DNA from: Raja brachyura
Lineage: Eukaryota
Assembly (NCBI GenBank): GCA_963514005.1
Contig: OY740792.1
Span: 36,270,001 to 36,334,000 of the forward strand
DNA length: 64,000 nucleotides
Direction: 5' to 3'
Part shown: positions 39,851 to 51,598 of the stretch, one piece after another
Layout of the letters: every line of letters starts with the position of its first letter
How positions within the stretch are numbered: the first letter of the stretch is position 1
Program-made: the position numbers and the translations under genes
The notes under the pieces: model-generated
The model's input: only the letters and a program-made list of their open reading frames with translations
What the model was told of the DNA's origin: nothing
Database searches by the model: none

Positions 39851-41376
39851 TTCTGCCTTGTTCTTCATTGTGCTCACAAACAAGTCCATACAGTCACTAA
39901 AGATAGACACAAAAAGCTGGAATAACCAGTCTGAACATCACCTATTCCTTTTCTCAAGAGATGCTGTTTGATCCGCTGCATTACTCCAGCTTTTTGTGTC
40001 TATCTTTGGTTTAAACCAGCATCTGCAGTTCCTGCACCATACAGTCACTCTCAGATACAAGAGTTTAACAGTTGCAATTCACACTGATAATGAAGATTAA
40101 AGACCTGGGAGTGTGGATGCTATTGATTTGAATATTTTTGTGTGAGGTCGATTTCTATTACAGTACATAGGCCTCTTTGCAACCTTGTTGGTAACTGAGT
40201 TACTTGGCTGCTTAACCCTGTAGTTGCTAAGGTGGCATTAAATGCACGCATAGTCATTCCCAAAGCTGTGCAACTCAACATTTATGTTTAAATAAACAAT
40301 GATGCAGCTGGTAGAACCGCTGCCTCACACCGCCACAGACCTGGGTTCGACCCTGACCTCGGATGTTGTCTGTGTGTGGTGTTTGCACATTCTCCCTGTC
40401 ACCCCGTGGGTTTCCTCCAGGTGCTCCGGTTTCCTCCCGCATTCCAAATACGTGTGGGTTTGTAGGTTAATTGGCCCTCTGTAAATTGCCCCTTGTGTGT
40501 AGGATAGAACAAGTGTATGGGTGATCGGTGGTTAGCACAGACTCAGTGGGCCGATCGGCCTGTTTCCATGTTTTATCTCTAAACCTAAACCTAATTCCAA
40601 AGACAGGCGGGTTTTGCAGGTTAATTGGCCTCTGTAAAATTGCCTGTAGTGTGTAGGGAGTGGATGTGAAAGTGGGATCACATAGAACTAATGTGAATGG
40701 GTGATTGATGATCAGCATGGACTCGGTATACCTAAGGGTCTGTTTCCATGCTGTATCAATAAAACAAATCAATTGGTATCCTGAAAATATTAATTGCATC
40801 AATATCTGCCCAGTTGCATGCAATACATGATTTGGCTGTAGTAGCAAGGAACTGTAGATGCTGATTTACAAAGTAGGACACAAAGTGCTGTAGTAACTCA
40901 GGTGGTCTAGCGGATAACATCCCTGGAGAACATCGTAGGTGATGTTTCAAGCCAAATCACTTCTCGACTTCGACTGCTAGGGCTTTGTCTCAAAGGGGAA
41001 AAGATAAGTGCTGCTAATCTGCAATGCTCATAAATTCATATGTTCTTGGAGCAGAATTAGGCCATTCTCCCCCCCCCCCCCCCCCGCCTCTGTACTAATC
41101 CAGAATCTGTCAATCTCCGCCTTAAAAATACCCAATGTCTTGGCCTCCACCCCCATTTGTGGCAATGGATTCCACAGATTAAAGAAATTCCTCCTCATCT
41201 CCTTTCAAAAGGTACGTCCTTTTATCCTGAGTTTAAGGAGGCTAGAGACTCTCCCACTAGTGGAAACATCCTTTCCCCTTCCACTCTTTGCAGGCATTTC
41301 ACTAGTTGGTAAGTTTCAATTAGGTCCCTCCTCATCTTTCTAATCTCCTGTGAGTACAGGCCCAGTGCTGTCAAAC

Positions 41377-43090
41377 CAGAGCTGCCAACTCTCACGCATT
41401 GAGCGTGAGTGTCACACATTTCGCCCAATTCTCACCCTTTCACGCTGATCACAGAATTTCTCACGCCCTGTCGAGAGAAATTCTGTGATCAACAAGAATT
41501 TCAAAACTAATATCAACTGCTTGTGTGCGCGTCTGGTGACAAGACAGCAGCATTCTTATTTTCTATTATTCTCACTTGACCGAACTGTCACACACCTTCA
41601 ATCCATGTCCCCATGCAAAATTACATTGAAAGACATGGCAGTGAATGAGTGTCACCCAGCGCAGCAAGTAAGGCCATGTCCTGCTCCCGGCGGCAGTCGG
41701 AATTTAAGGATTTGCGGGAATCGGCTGACATGAGCGAGCGACAGGAGAGAGGTACATGGGCCGTGGAACCGGGGGGGGGGGCTTTGGATGAGGTGCTGCT
41801 GTGCTCTGAGCAACGTGGTTGTGGGTGTAGGAGAGCCGGGGCGGAGGGAGGGATGGAAGCAGAAGCAGCGCGCGGGGGCAGATGCAGACGGGGAGCCGAG
41901 GCTGGCGTGTGTTTGCCAGGCTGGCGAGCTGCTCGCTGCAGCTCCAGCCATGGAGTAGCCTCAGTGCAAGAGTCCCGGGCCGTCGGAGGTATCGGAAGCG
42001 TTGCACTGCTGCCGTGAGAGTCCATGCGCCAAATTCGTCCTGGTGACCGGCATGGACCAGGCTGCGGCTCGGTACATCCTGCAGGACAACCAGTGGCTGC
42101 TGGAAGTAGGTACCAAGCACTGGATACAAGCGGTGGAAGACAGTGGCCTTTAAATGGGGGTGGTTGGAAAAAGCATCCTGCTTGTCTGCTAGATTTTCAC
42201 TTGCTGTAACTGCAGGAAAAATGTTCCCGATGTTGGGGAAGTTCAAAACCAGGGGTCACAGTTTAAGAAAAAGGGGTAGGCCATTTAGGGCTGAGATGAG
42301 GACAAACTTTCTTCACCCAGAGAGTTGTAAATCTGTGGAATTCACTGCCACAGGAGGCAGTGGAGGCCAATTCACTGGATGTTTTCAAGAGAGAATTACA
42401 TTTAGCTCTTGGGGCTAGCGAAATCAAGGGATATGGGGAAAAAACAGGAAAGAGGCACTGATTTTAGATGAACGACCATGATCGTATTGGATGGCAGTGC
42501 TGGCTCGAATAGTCGAATGGCCTATTGATGGTATTTTCTATGTTTCTATGCTTGAGTTTATGGCAATAAAACTCAACCACTTGATTTTGAAGCATTCATG
42601 CATGGTGGAGGTATAATGTAGTCATAGTGTGATACAGTGTGAAATCAGGCCCTTCGGCCCAACTTGCCCACACCCGCCAACATGTCCCAGCTACGCCACC
42701 TGCTTTTGGTCCCTATCCCTCCAAACCTGTCCTATTCATGTATCAGTTTAACTGTTTCTTAAATGTTGGGATAGTCCCTGCCTCAACTACCTCCTCTGGC
42801 AGCTTGTTCCAAACACCCCCCTTTGTGTGGAAAAAGTTACCCCTTAAAGAGTTACCTCTTAAAAATGCTTTAAACAAAAAACATTGAAATCATACTTCTA
42901 CAATGCACTAAAACATGATTTTAATACATCGTCCCCCCCCCCCCCCCCCCCACCCCATCCGACACCCTCCCCCCCCCCCCCCCCCCACCCCATCCCACAC
43001 CCCCCCCCCCCCCCTCAGTTCCTACGCTCTCTCGGGCTTGGTCTCTCACAATTTCTCACTCCCAACTCTCATTCAATGTTGGCAGCCCTA
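41377..43090. mobile_element. Non-autonomous hAT-type DNA transposon (1.7 kb) inserted in a CR1
   Basis: TIRs CAGAGCTGCCAAC / GTTGGCAGCCCTA; 8-bp TSD TGTCAAAC / CGTCAAAC. Host CR1 is contiguous across the site; nested CR1 pieces at ~42205-42550 and ~42620-42845. Confidence 0.8.
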
Positions 43091-43861
43091 CGTCAAACGC
43101 TCATCAAATGTTCACATATGTTCACGCAATCACAGTCATAAACGAATTGCAAGCCTCACTTGCCCTTAATGCGCCTATTTCTGGGGCTAAAGGGGCCATT
43201 GAGGATAGAGGCCATTCAGCAGTGCCTGACAAGACAAGTACAAGGTTATGCTGAAAATCATGTTGATTGTGTGTTATTTTGGTGCAGAGTAGTTTAGAGT
43301 GACCTTCACACATCAGATTCAACAAAAACAGTCCTGCTTTAGTCTATCTTGATAAGAAACAATAAACAAGTTGGGGCAGCACAGTGGCACAGCGGTGAAT
43401 TGCTGCCTTACAGCGCCAGAAACCCAGGTTTGTTTCTGACCTTGAGTACTGTCTGTTCAGAGTTTTATACGTTTTGTTTCATTGCAGAAGCCTGACATTT
43501 CTAGTATTTATGTTAAAACCATCTGGTGATATCAATCATGAACATTTTAAGGGAATGCGTTGAAGTTGTCACTGCATATTATGGTATAGTATTATGTAAA
43601 CTGATTGGATAATATGTTTTTCACTGTATCTTGGCACAGTTAATAATAATAAACTGCGGCATGGTGGCGCAGCGGTAGAGTTGCTGCCGTACAGCTCCAA
43701 GGACCCAAATTCGATCCTGACTACGGGTGCTGTCTGTATACTGTTTGTAGATTCTCTAGTGTCTGGGTGATCGCTGGTCGACGAGGTCTCGGTGGACCGA
43801 AGGCCCTGTTTCCACGCTGTATCTCCAAACTAAAATTTAAAAGAAGTATTGTAAAAATGGC

Positions 43862-44338
43862 GACACAAGGAACTGCAGATGCTGGTTTACAAAACAAGAC
43901 ACAAAGTTCTGGGTTAACTCAGTGGGTCAGGCAACATCTCAGGAGAACATGGATTGGTGATGTTTCGGGTTAGGACCCTTCTTCAGACTGATTGTAATGG
44001 GAGGAGGGAAGAGGGAATGAATCTGGGAAAGAGGAGAGGAGGGACAAAGCCTGGCAAGTAAAATGTGGAAACAATTCCCCACATTCTTTCTCTTGAAATC
44101 ACACGCTCCCTGGCCAGCCTCCCTACCTACCTACCAGGCACCGCCCTGCCTAAGGTCATCTGTGGCTGGTCGTAATTGGTCCTGTCTTTTCTTGCCTCCA
44201 GCTTTTCACCTCCACCCCCCCATCCCACCCCCCAATTTTCAGTCTGAAGAAGGATCCCAACCCAAAATGGTACCCATCCGTTTTCTCCAGAGATGCTACC
44301 CGACCCGCTGAGTTGCTCCAGCACTTTGTGTCTATCTT
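43862..44338. repeat. Long PLE-derived fold-back element
   Basis: Cores at ~43960-43986 (-) and ~44244 (+). Confidence 0.72.
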
Positions 44339-46478
44339 AAGCAATAGTTTGATACAGGTGAGGAGGGTTTTTGATAGTTAGCTGGTTGGACAAAAGCCAG
44401 AGCTGAAAAGACCTTCTGTGGGAGACTAAAGGATCGAAGAGTTGTGAATTGTGAAGCTGGAGGAAGCAGCAGACTCGTAATTTTATATTTTTAATTGAGC
44501 TACTTTATGCTAGAGTGATTCACTCATTATTATAATTACACCTCAAAGCTCTTGCCTGCTTACTGGAATTATGTTTACTGGACCGCCTAGACCTATTTCC
44601 TTCACTCCATAGATGCTGCCTCACCCGCTGAGTTTCTCCAGCAATTTTGTCTACCTTCGATTTTCCAGCATCTGCAGTCCCTTCTTAAAGAAATAGTTCC
44701 ACTTATGCTAAGTTTCAAACCTTGATGTTATAAGTTCTTAAGTTCATGTCATGGGAACAGAATTAGACCATTTGACCCATTGAATCTGCACTGTTATTCC
44801 ATCATGGTTGATCTATCTTTCATTCTCAACCTCATTCTCCTGCTTTCTCCCCATAACCTTTGACACAATGCTGGTTTGCTTAATGAAGGGGGGGATTATG
44901 TTATAAACACGCTGCTACGATGATAGTAACTGTGGTTAATTATGATGGACATTTCAGGACACTTTTCAGGTTTAGGTTTATGATTGTCACGTGTTCCCAG
45001 GTACAGTAATTAGCTGTGTTTTGCGTGTATTCCATGCAGTTCATACCATACATGAGTACAACAGATCAATCAAAAGAGGAAATACACGGAGTGCGGAATA
45101 TAGTGTTATAGCTACAGAGAAAGTACAAATAAAATAAGTGCACGGGCCACAATGAGGTAGATTGGAAGATTGGGTCATTTATCCCCAGCATATGAGTGGT
45201 TTAGATTTATTTTGTCACGTGTACAGTGAAAAGCTTTGTTTGCAAGCTATCCAATTAAAGCAGCTAATACTACAGTATATACAAATACAATCATGCCGAA
45301 CTCAAGTACAATAGAGCAAAAAGATACAGAGTGCAGGATAGAGTTCTCCGCATTGTTGGACATCAGTTACAGAGGCAAAGTCCAACGTCCGCAATGGGTA
45401 CATTTGGAGAATCGAGAATAGTGAAAAGCCTGGATAAAATGGATGTGAAGAGGATATTTTCACTAGTGGGAGAGTCTCAGACCAGAGGACCCAGCCTCAG
45501 AATAAAGGGCATACCTTTAGAAAGGAGATGAGGGGAATTTCTTTAGTCAGAGGGTGGTGAATCATTGCCACAGACGGCTTTGGAGGCCAAGACATTTGGT
45601 ATTTTTCAGATGGAGATTGACAGGTTCTTGATTAGAAGGGTGTCAAAGGATATGGGGAGAAGGCAGGAGAATGGGGCTGAGAGGGAAAAATAGATCAGCC
45701 ATGATTGAATGGCGGCGTAAACTCGATGGGCTGAATAGTCTACTTCTGCTTCTATGAGTTGAGTTTAGTTTATTGTGTACCGAGGTACAGTGAAAAGCTT
45801 TTGTCGGACACTACCTAGTCAGCGGAAAGACAATACATGACTGCATTCGAGCCATCCACAGTGTACAGATACAGGATAAAGGGAATAATGTGAATAACAT
45901 TTAGTGCAAGATAAAGTCCAGTAGTCCGACCAAAGATAGTTTGAGTGTCTCCATGGAGGAAGATGGTAGGTCAGGGCTGCTCTCGAGGCGTTGGTAGGAT
46001 GGGTTTATGACTTACGAACTCATGAACAATGACGGACTCACCCTGATATGGATAGAGATAGCAACCAATAATCAAACCAAGCTTGCCCAAGGTCACCCAA
46101 CTATCAAAGGCAGTCACATGGAGAGCACGTCTCTCTTGCTTCCAGAAACATGCAATTCCTGTTGGAAACAGGTCTTCCCACAAACAACTCTTTCCAGCTA
46201 TGCCTTTGGGGGTTCCCTTGCTGACAGGTACAGTGATATTTCCCTAAACAGAGACAGTCAGCAAACAACCGTGAACAGTGGACGAGGCAAGACTGGTCTG
46301 TGTGCCACATGGCAGAAGGATTCCGGTGATTATGGGCGATACCCGACAGCGGACCTCATTCGCCCACCGCGGAACCGGGAACATGCCCGGAAAGACACGG
46401 TGGTCCATGGTCTGTGGAGGGGAGGGGGGGTTGGAAGCCGAGCCCGGCCCCTGCTCATCTCCCGAAGACTGGAGAACC

Positions 46479-46613
46479 TTCTTCTTTCGTGTTGCGTGCG
46501 CAGCCTAAAGTTGTTGGACAACTTGTTCTATTTGATCTTCCGTTTGTGCACGCCGAGTTGATTGTATTAGTCGTAACAGGGCGGACCACATGAAGGTTGC
46601 AATCTTCTACCCC
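46479..46613 (-). mobile_element. 135-bp ribozyme-headed non-autonomous retroposon (possibly Ingi/Vingi-dependent)
   Basis: Flanked by an 11-bp TSD, ACTGGAGAACC (46468-46478) and ACCGGAGAACC (46614-46624). The 5' end is ribozyme G1 and the 3' end is CACGAAAGAAGAA. Confidence 0.8.
46560..46613 (-). ncRNA. HDV/CPEB3-like self-cleaving ribozyme (minimal P4)
   Basis: Minus strand reads P1 GGGGTAG / J1/2 AA / P2 GATTGCA / P3 ACC / L3 TTCATGT / P3' GGT / P1' CCGCCCT / GT-TACG-A / J4/2 CTAA / P2' TACAATC. G1-U wobble and putative catalytic C are present; P1 and P2 each have one mismatch. Confidence 0.8.
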
Positions 46614-47999
46614 ACCGGAGAACCGAAGAGGAGGGAGCCAGTGACGACGGTCACGAGGCGCAAGGCCGGTAGGAAAGTGAACCGGGGTCTTACCTCCCAC
46701 GCCCTCAAGGCCACAGGGCACAAAGGTAGCAGGGCGAGGAGAGGGACGATGGTTCATTGGACCATCCAGACATAGGCGATGGCTGGAGACCCTGCAGAAG
46801 CCTGGGGCTCACCTGGATGGGCGCCTCTCCATAAGACCTAGCGGGGGTAGAAACGGCGCAAAATCTGGTCACTTGAAAAGGAATTTCACTGCATTTTGCA
46901 CATGTGATAATAAAGCACGATTGCCTTTCACAACTGCTGACACAGACTCCAATCTGTGGAAGCTTGCCAATGTTTGAGTCACCTGGGCCATTTGTATTTC
47001 TTTATATCCAATGGACAAATGTACACACAACATCCAGCCACACAGACATCTGCTGCAGGCATTTTGATGCCTGTTTCATCACTTGATGTTATGCATGAAA
47101 AGCTTCCTCCCCTCTGTTAACAGACTTCTGAACAGACCGTCCAAAAGCCCGGGTTTAGATTAGAGATACAGCATGGAAACAGAGTCCTCACAGGCCATCC
47201 TCACTCATTCACACTAGTTCTATGTTATCCCACTTTTTCATCCTCTCCCTACACACTAGGGGGAATTTGCAGAGCAAGAGAGAAAATGCAAATTTAAAAA
47301 GTGCAAGAACAGCAAAGAGGTAGATGGAAGATTGAGTAATTCAGCCCCAGCATATGAGAGCTTTGGCCCGCTGAATCCACGCCAACCATCTATCACCCGT
47401 TCACACTAGTTCTATCTTATCCCACTTTCTCATATACAGTCGACAGTCCAAAATATTAGTGAAGGGTGCTGACCCGAAACGTCATCTGTCCATTCTCTCC
47501 ACAAATGCTACCTCACCTGCTGAGTTCCTCCAGCACTGTGTGTTTTGCCCACAATATTATGTCTGGATGTTGCAATTGCTTTTCGATACCCACCTGTTGT
47601 AATCTATGTTTGACTTTATTATGTACATTTTATGCATCTTTGTAACTGAGGAAAGTATAAAAACCTGTCATACTGGCTACTGATATGCATTTTGCCGGAA
47701 GCCTATTTAAAAGTAGCATAGTTACAAGAAGCAATAAGAGAAGTATTTAGTGGTGTGAAGTGAATCAAAAGTGAAAATAAATGATGCAAAAGAGAAGAAA
47801 ACACTCCTATTACTAATTTATAGAGTCTCATAGCTGTACTGTACAACCCATTCAGCCCATCTTGTCCTTGCCGACCAAGTTGGCATATTGGGCTGCCATC
47901 ATTTATCCCATTTGCCTGCATTTGGCCCATATCCCTCTAAATCCTTCCTACCCGAATCCCTGTCCAAATGTCTTTTTAAAGAGTTTAGACTTGAACCTT

Positions 48000-48285
48000 C
48001 GGAGATACAGCACGGAAACAGGCCCTTCGTCTCATTGAGTCCGTGCCGATCAGCGATCCCTGCAAACTAGCACTATCCTACACACGGGACGATGTACAAT
48101 TTTTACCAAAGCCAATTAACACACAAACTTGTTCATCTTTGGAGTGTAGGAGGAAACTGGAGCACCCAAAAAAAAACCAAGTGGTCACAGGGAGAACGTA
48201 CAAACTCCACACAGACAGTACCCGTACTCAGGATTGAACCCGGGACTCTGGCGATGTAAGGCAGCAACTCTACCGCTGCGCCACC
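48000..48285 (-). mobile_element. HE1-like V-SINE
   Basis: Near full-length copy. Confidence 0.8.
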
Positions 48286-48944
48286 CTATTGGGCTGCCAG
48301 CACTTGGGCCATTTGCCTGCATTTGGTCCATATCCCTCTAAACCCTTTCTGCCCATACATCTGTCCAAATGCCTTTTTAAACACATTATTGACTTCAGTG
48401 GTGGGTGATACAGGGAAAGTAAAAGGACAGGGTGTGGGACTAGATAGCATCAACAAAAAAGCTTTTCACTGTACATTGGTGCACATGACAATAAACTAAA
48501 GAAATTCAGGGACTGCAATACTAGAGCCATATCAGAAACAAAACTGAGAGAAAGGCAAGACTGGCTGCTCGGTATTCCAGAGTATTCACAGTCACACAGA
48601 ACATTGTCTTTGCATTTTTTTTGTCATATATTATAAAAATATTTTTTTTTAGCTGAGGCAGCTGTCAGATATCTGCAGAATCTGGATGTCAATGAGATTA
48701 GCCCTGTTATTTTCTTTCCCCTCACCACAAATCAAATGCTGGGAATTTCCAACAAGTTCTGTTTCATTTCCGAAGCTCAGCATTACCAGTATTTGTTAAA
48801 AACATCTGGTGATATCAATCATGAATATTTTAAGGGAATGAGATGAGGTTACCACTGTGTATTTAGGTATGGTATTATCTAATCCGACTGGACAACATGT
48901 TTTTCACTGTATCTTGGTTATTATCAGGTGATAATAATAAACTA

Positions 48945-49245
48945 TGGCACGGTGGTGCAGCGCCAGAGTAGCTGCCTCACAGCGCTAGAGTCCTGGGTTC
49001 GATCTTGACTACGGGTGCTGTTTGTACACAGTTTGTACGTTCTTCCTGTAAACACTTGGGTTTTCCCCGGGTGCTCCAGTTTCCTCCCACACTCCACAGA
49101 CGTACAGGTTTGTAGGTTAATTAGTTTTGGTAAAATTGTAATTTGTCGCCAGTGTGTAGGATAGAACTAGTGTACATGATGACCGAAGGTTGGCACAGAC
49201 TTGGTGGGCCGAAGGGCTTGTTTCCGCTCTGTTTCTCTAAAAAGT
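48945..49245 (+). mobile_element. HE1-like V-SINE
   Basis: Full-length copy with GGTTCGATC B-box. Confidence 0.8.
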
Positions 49246-50469
49246 GTAAATAAATCTAAACTTAAACCTAAAGAGATTTTTGATTTCACCACTCAGAAAC
49301 CGAGCTGCCAATTTAATCTTTCTTGGGTTCTATTATCAAAGAAAGTTGTTCCTTTGTATATCACTGATGAATACTGGGATACTAGGGGGAGCCGTCCTGT
49401 ATGGTAGGGCTGGAACATCAGGCCTCCGTGAAGGCGACTGCCGAGGCCTCAATAGGCCTGACTATAGGAGGATATGGGGGTGGGGACTGGTTAGTGTGCC
49501 TTCCCTCATAATGGGAACCATTGTGGGGGATGTTTTTTATGTTTAAAATCTCTATATTATTGTTATGCCCGTATTTTTTTTTACGTGCTGCATTGGCAAG
49601 AAACATTTCACTACACCAATTGGTGTACGTGACCAATAAAATAACCTTTGAACCTTTGAACCTTTGAAATCAGATAATCATTTAAAGGGCAGCATGGTGG
49701 CGCGGCTGGTAGAGCTGCTACCTCACAGCGCCATAGACTGGCTTTGATCCTGCCCTCAGGTGCTGTCTGAGTGTGTGGAGATTGCACATTCTCCCTCTGA
49801 CTGCATGAGTTCCCTCCAGGTGCTCCAGTTTACTCCCACTTCCCAAACACGTGCGGGTTTGTAGGTTATTTGGCCCTCTATAAGTTGCCCCTAGCTTGTA
49901 ACTAATATTTTGGACTGTGGACTATGAGAACGTGGGATATCATAGAACTATTGTGTGAACAGGTATTCGACGGTCAGCATGGACTTGATGTATCCTGTTG
50001 CCATGTTCTTGAAATCTTTCAATCAATTTTTAAAAATGGGATCACCCTTCAATCTTCCAAATTCAGGGGTGTATCTACCAAATCTCTCCTTTTGCAATCT
50101 CTTCTCATTCCTTGAACCTTCAAGCCCTCGTATCAGTCTGTGGTACAATCCTTCCAAGGATAAACGTTTTCTCATTTATGAAGATGAAATTAGTTCAGGG
50201 ACTTATATGTGGCATTTTCAAAGTGTTCATTTATTAGCTGGCTTGGGTGAAATTTGTAGTTATTTGATTGGGATTTAGAAAAATATTACATTGAAAAATG
50301 CAAAAATGTACTTGAAAATGTTTATTAATTCAATTAGTCACTTTATTGCTAAATGTAAAAGTGGCATTTGAAACATTCACAAATCTGGATCATAATTTTA
50401 CAAAAGAACCAGGAACATTGTCTTGTCCAACATTTTCCCATCTCTAAAGAGCAAATTGTAGGAGATATA

Positions 50470-50976
50470 AAGAACCGCAGATGCTGGTTTATAAGAGAAG
50501 ACACAAAGTCCTGGAGTAACTCAGCGGGTCAGGTAGCTTCGCTGGAGAACATGGATAGGCAACGCTTTGGGTCGGGATGTGATAATAGGTGGAAGAAGGC
50601 TGGAAGAGGGGAGGAGGTGGGACAAATGCACTTGAATGCACACCAATTCCTCCCTTTCCCCTCCCCTCCCCTCCCCCACTCTTTTCCACATATATTCCAT
50701 CCTCTAGCTTCACATTTCACATTTCTTCTCTCCTTATCTCACACTTTATGTTTCTCATCTCTAACCTTTGTCCACCCATCTGCCAATCAAGCTTCCCCAA
50801 ACCCTCCCCTGTATCCACCTATCACTCGCCAGACTTTGTCACGCCCACTCCTCTCTTCAGCTTTCTCCGGCTGCACCACAAACAGTCTGAAGAAGGGCCC
50901 CAACCCGAAACATTACCTATCCATCTTCTCCAGAGATGTTGCCTGACCCGCTGAGTTACTCTAGCACTTTGTGTCT
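50470..50976. repeat. Long PLE-derived fold-back element
   Basis: Inverted arms; CTGAAGAAGGGCCCCAACCCGAAAC at ~50887. Confidence 0.72.
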
Positions 50977-51294
50977 TATAATGTATTATACGTGTGTGTG
51001 TGAGAGAGAGAGATAATGGACAATTGGCGAGTTTGCTTGCACCCGTGTCTTCACTGTAAACTGTGACGTTATGTCATGCATTGACTTCACTATTCAGACT
51101 TTTGTGCCAAATAATATTCAGTGTTGCAAAACAACAAGATACTGCCAATTCTTGGTTATTTAGCTGTTGTGGCAACAGTATGATCGACTGATTCAAGTTT
51201 CCAGTGTTTCAGAGACTGAAGGAACTAATAGGGAAACTCCAAATAATTAAATAATAATCTCCTTGTGTGATGTAATTTATAACGAGTCCCTTGT

Positions 51295-51598
51295 GGACGG
51301 CACGGTGGCACAGTGGTAGAATTGCTGCCTTGCAGCGCCAGAGACCCGGGTGCGATCCTGACTACGGGTGCTGTCTGCATGGAATTTGTACGTTCCCCGT
51401 GTGACTGCTTGGGCTTTCTCCGGGTGCTCCAGTTTCCTGCCACATTCCAAAGAAGTACAGGTTTGTAGGTTAAGTGGCTTCTGTTAATCATCCCGTCTCT
51501 AGGATAGAACTAGTATATGGGGATCGCTGGTCGGCATGGACTAGGTGGGCTGAAGGGCCTGTTTCCATGCTGTTTCTCTAAACTAAACTAAACTAAAA
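51295..51598 (+). mobile_element. HE1-like V-SINE
   Basis: Well-preserved head, V-domain, GAAGGGCCTGTTTCC tail and (ACTAA)n. Confidence 0.85.

Noticed and set aside
42931-43015. Long poly-C runs (poly-G also at ~6385 and ~51916)
   Set aside because: Low-complexity homopolymers of unreliable length; no function can be supported.
46007-46561. 184-aa ORF
   Set aside because: No domain signature; it runs across repeat junctions into the antisense of the ribozyme element.
46490-46613. snRNA or snoRNA pseudogene
   Set aside because: No match to U-snRNA motifs; the HDV-like fold plus TSD explains it better.
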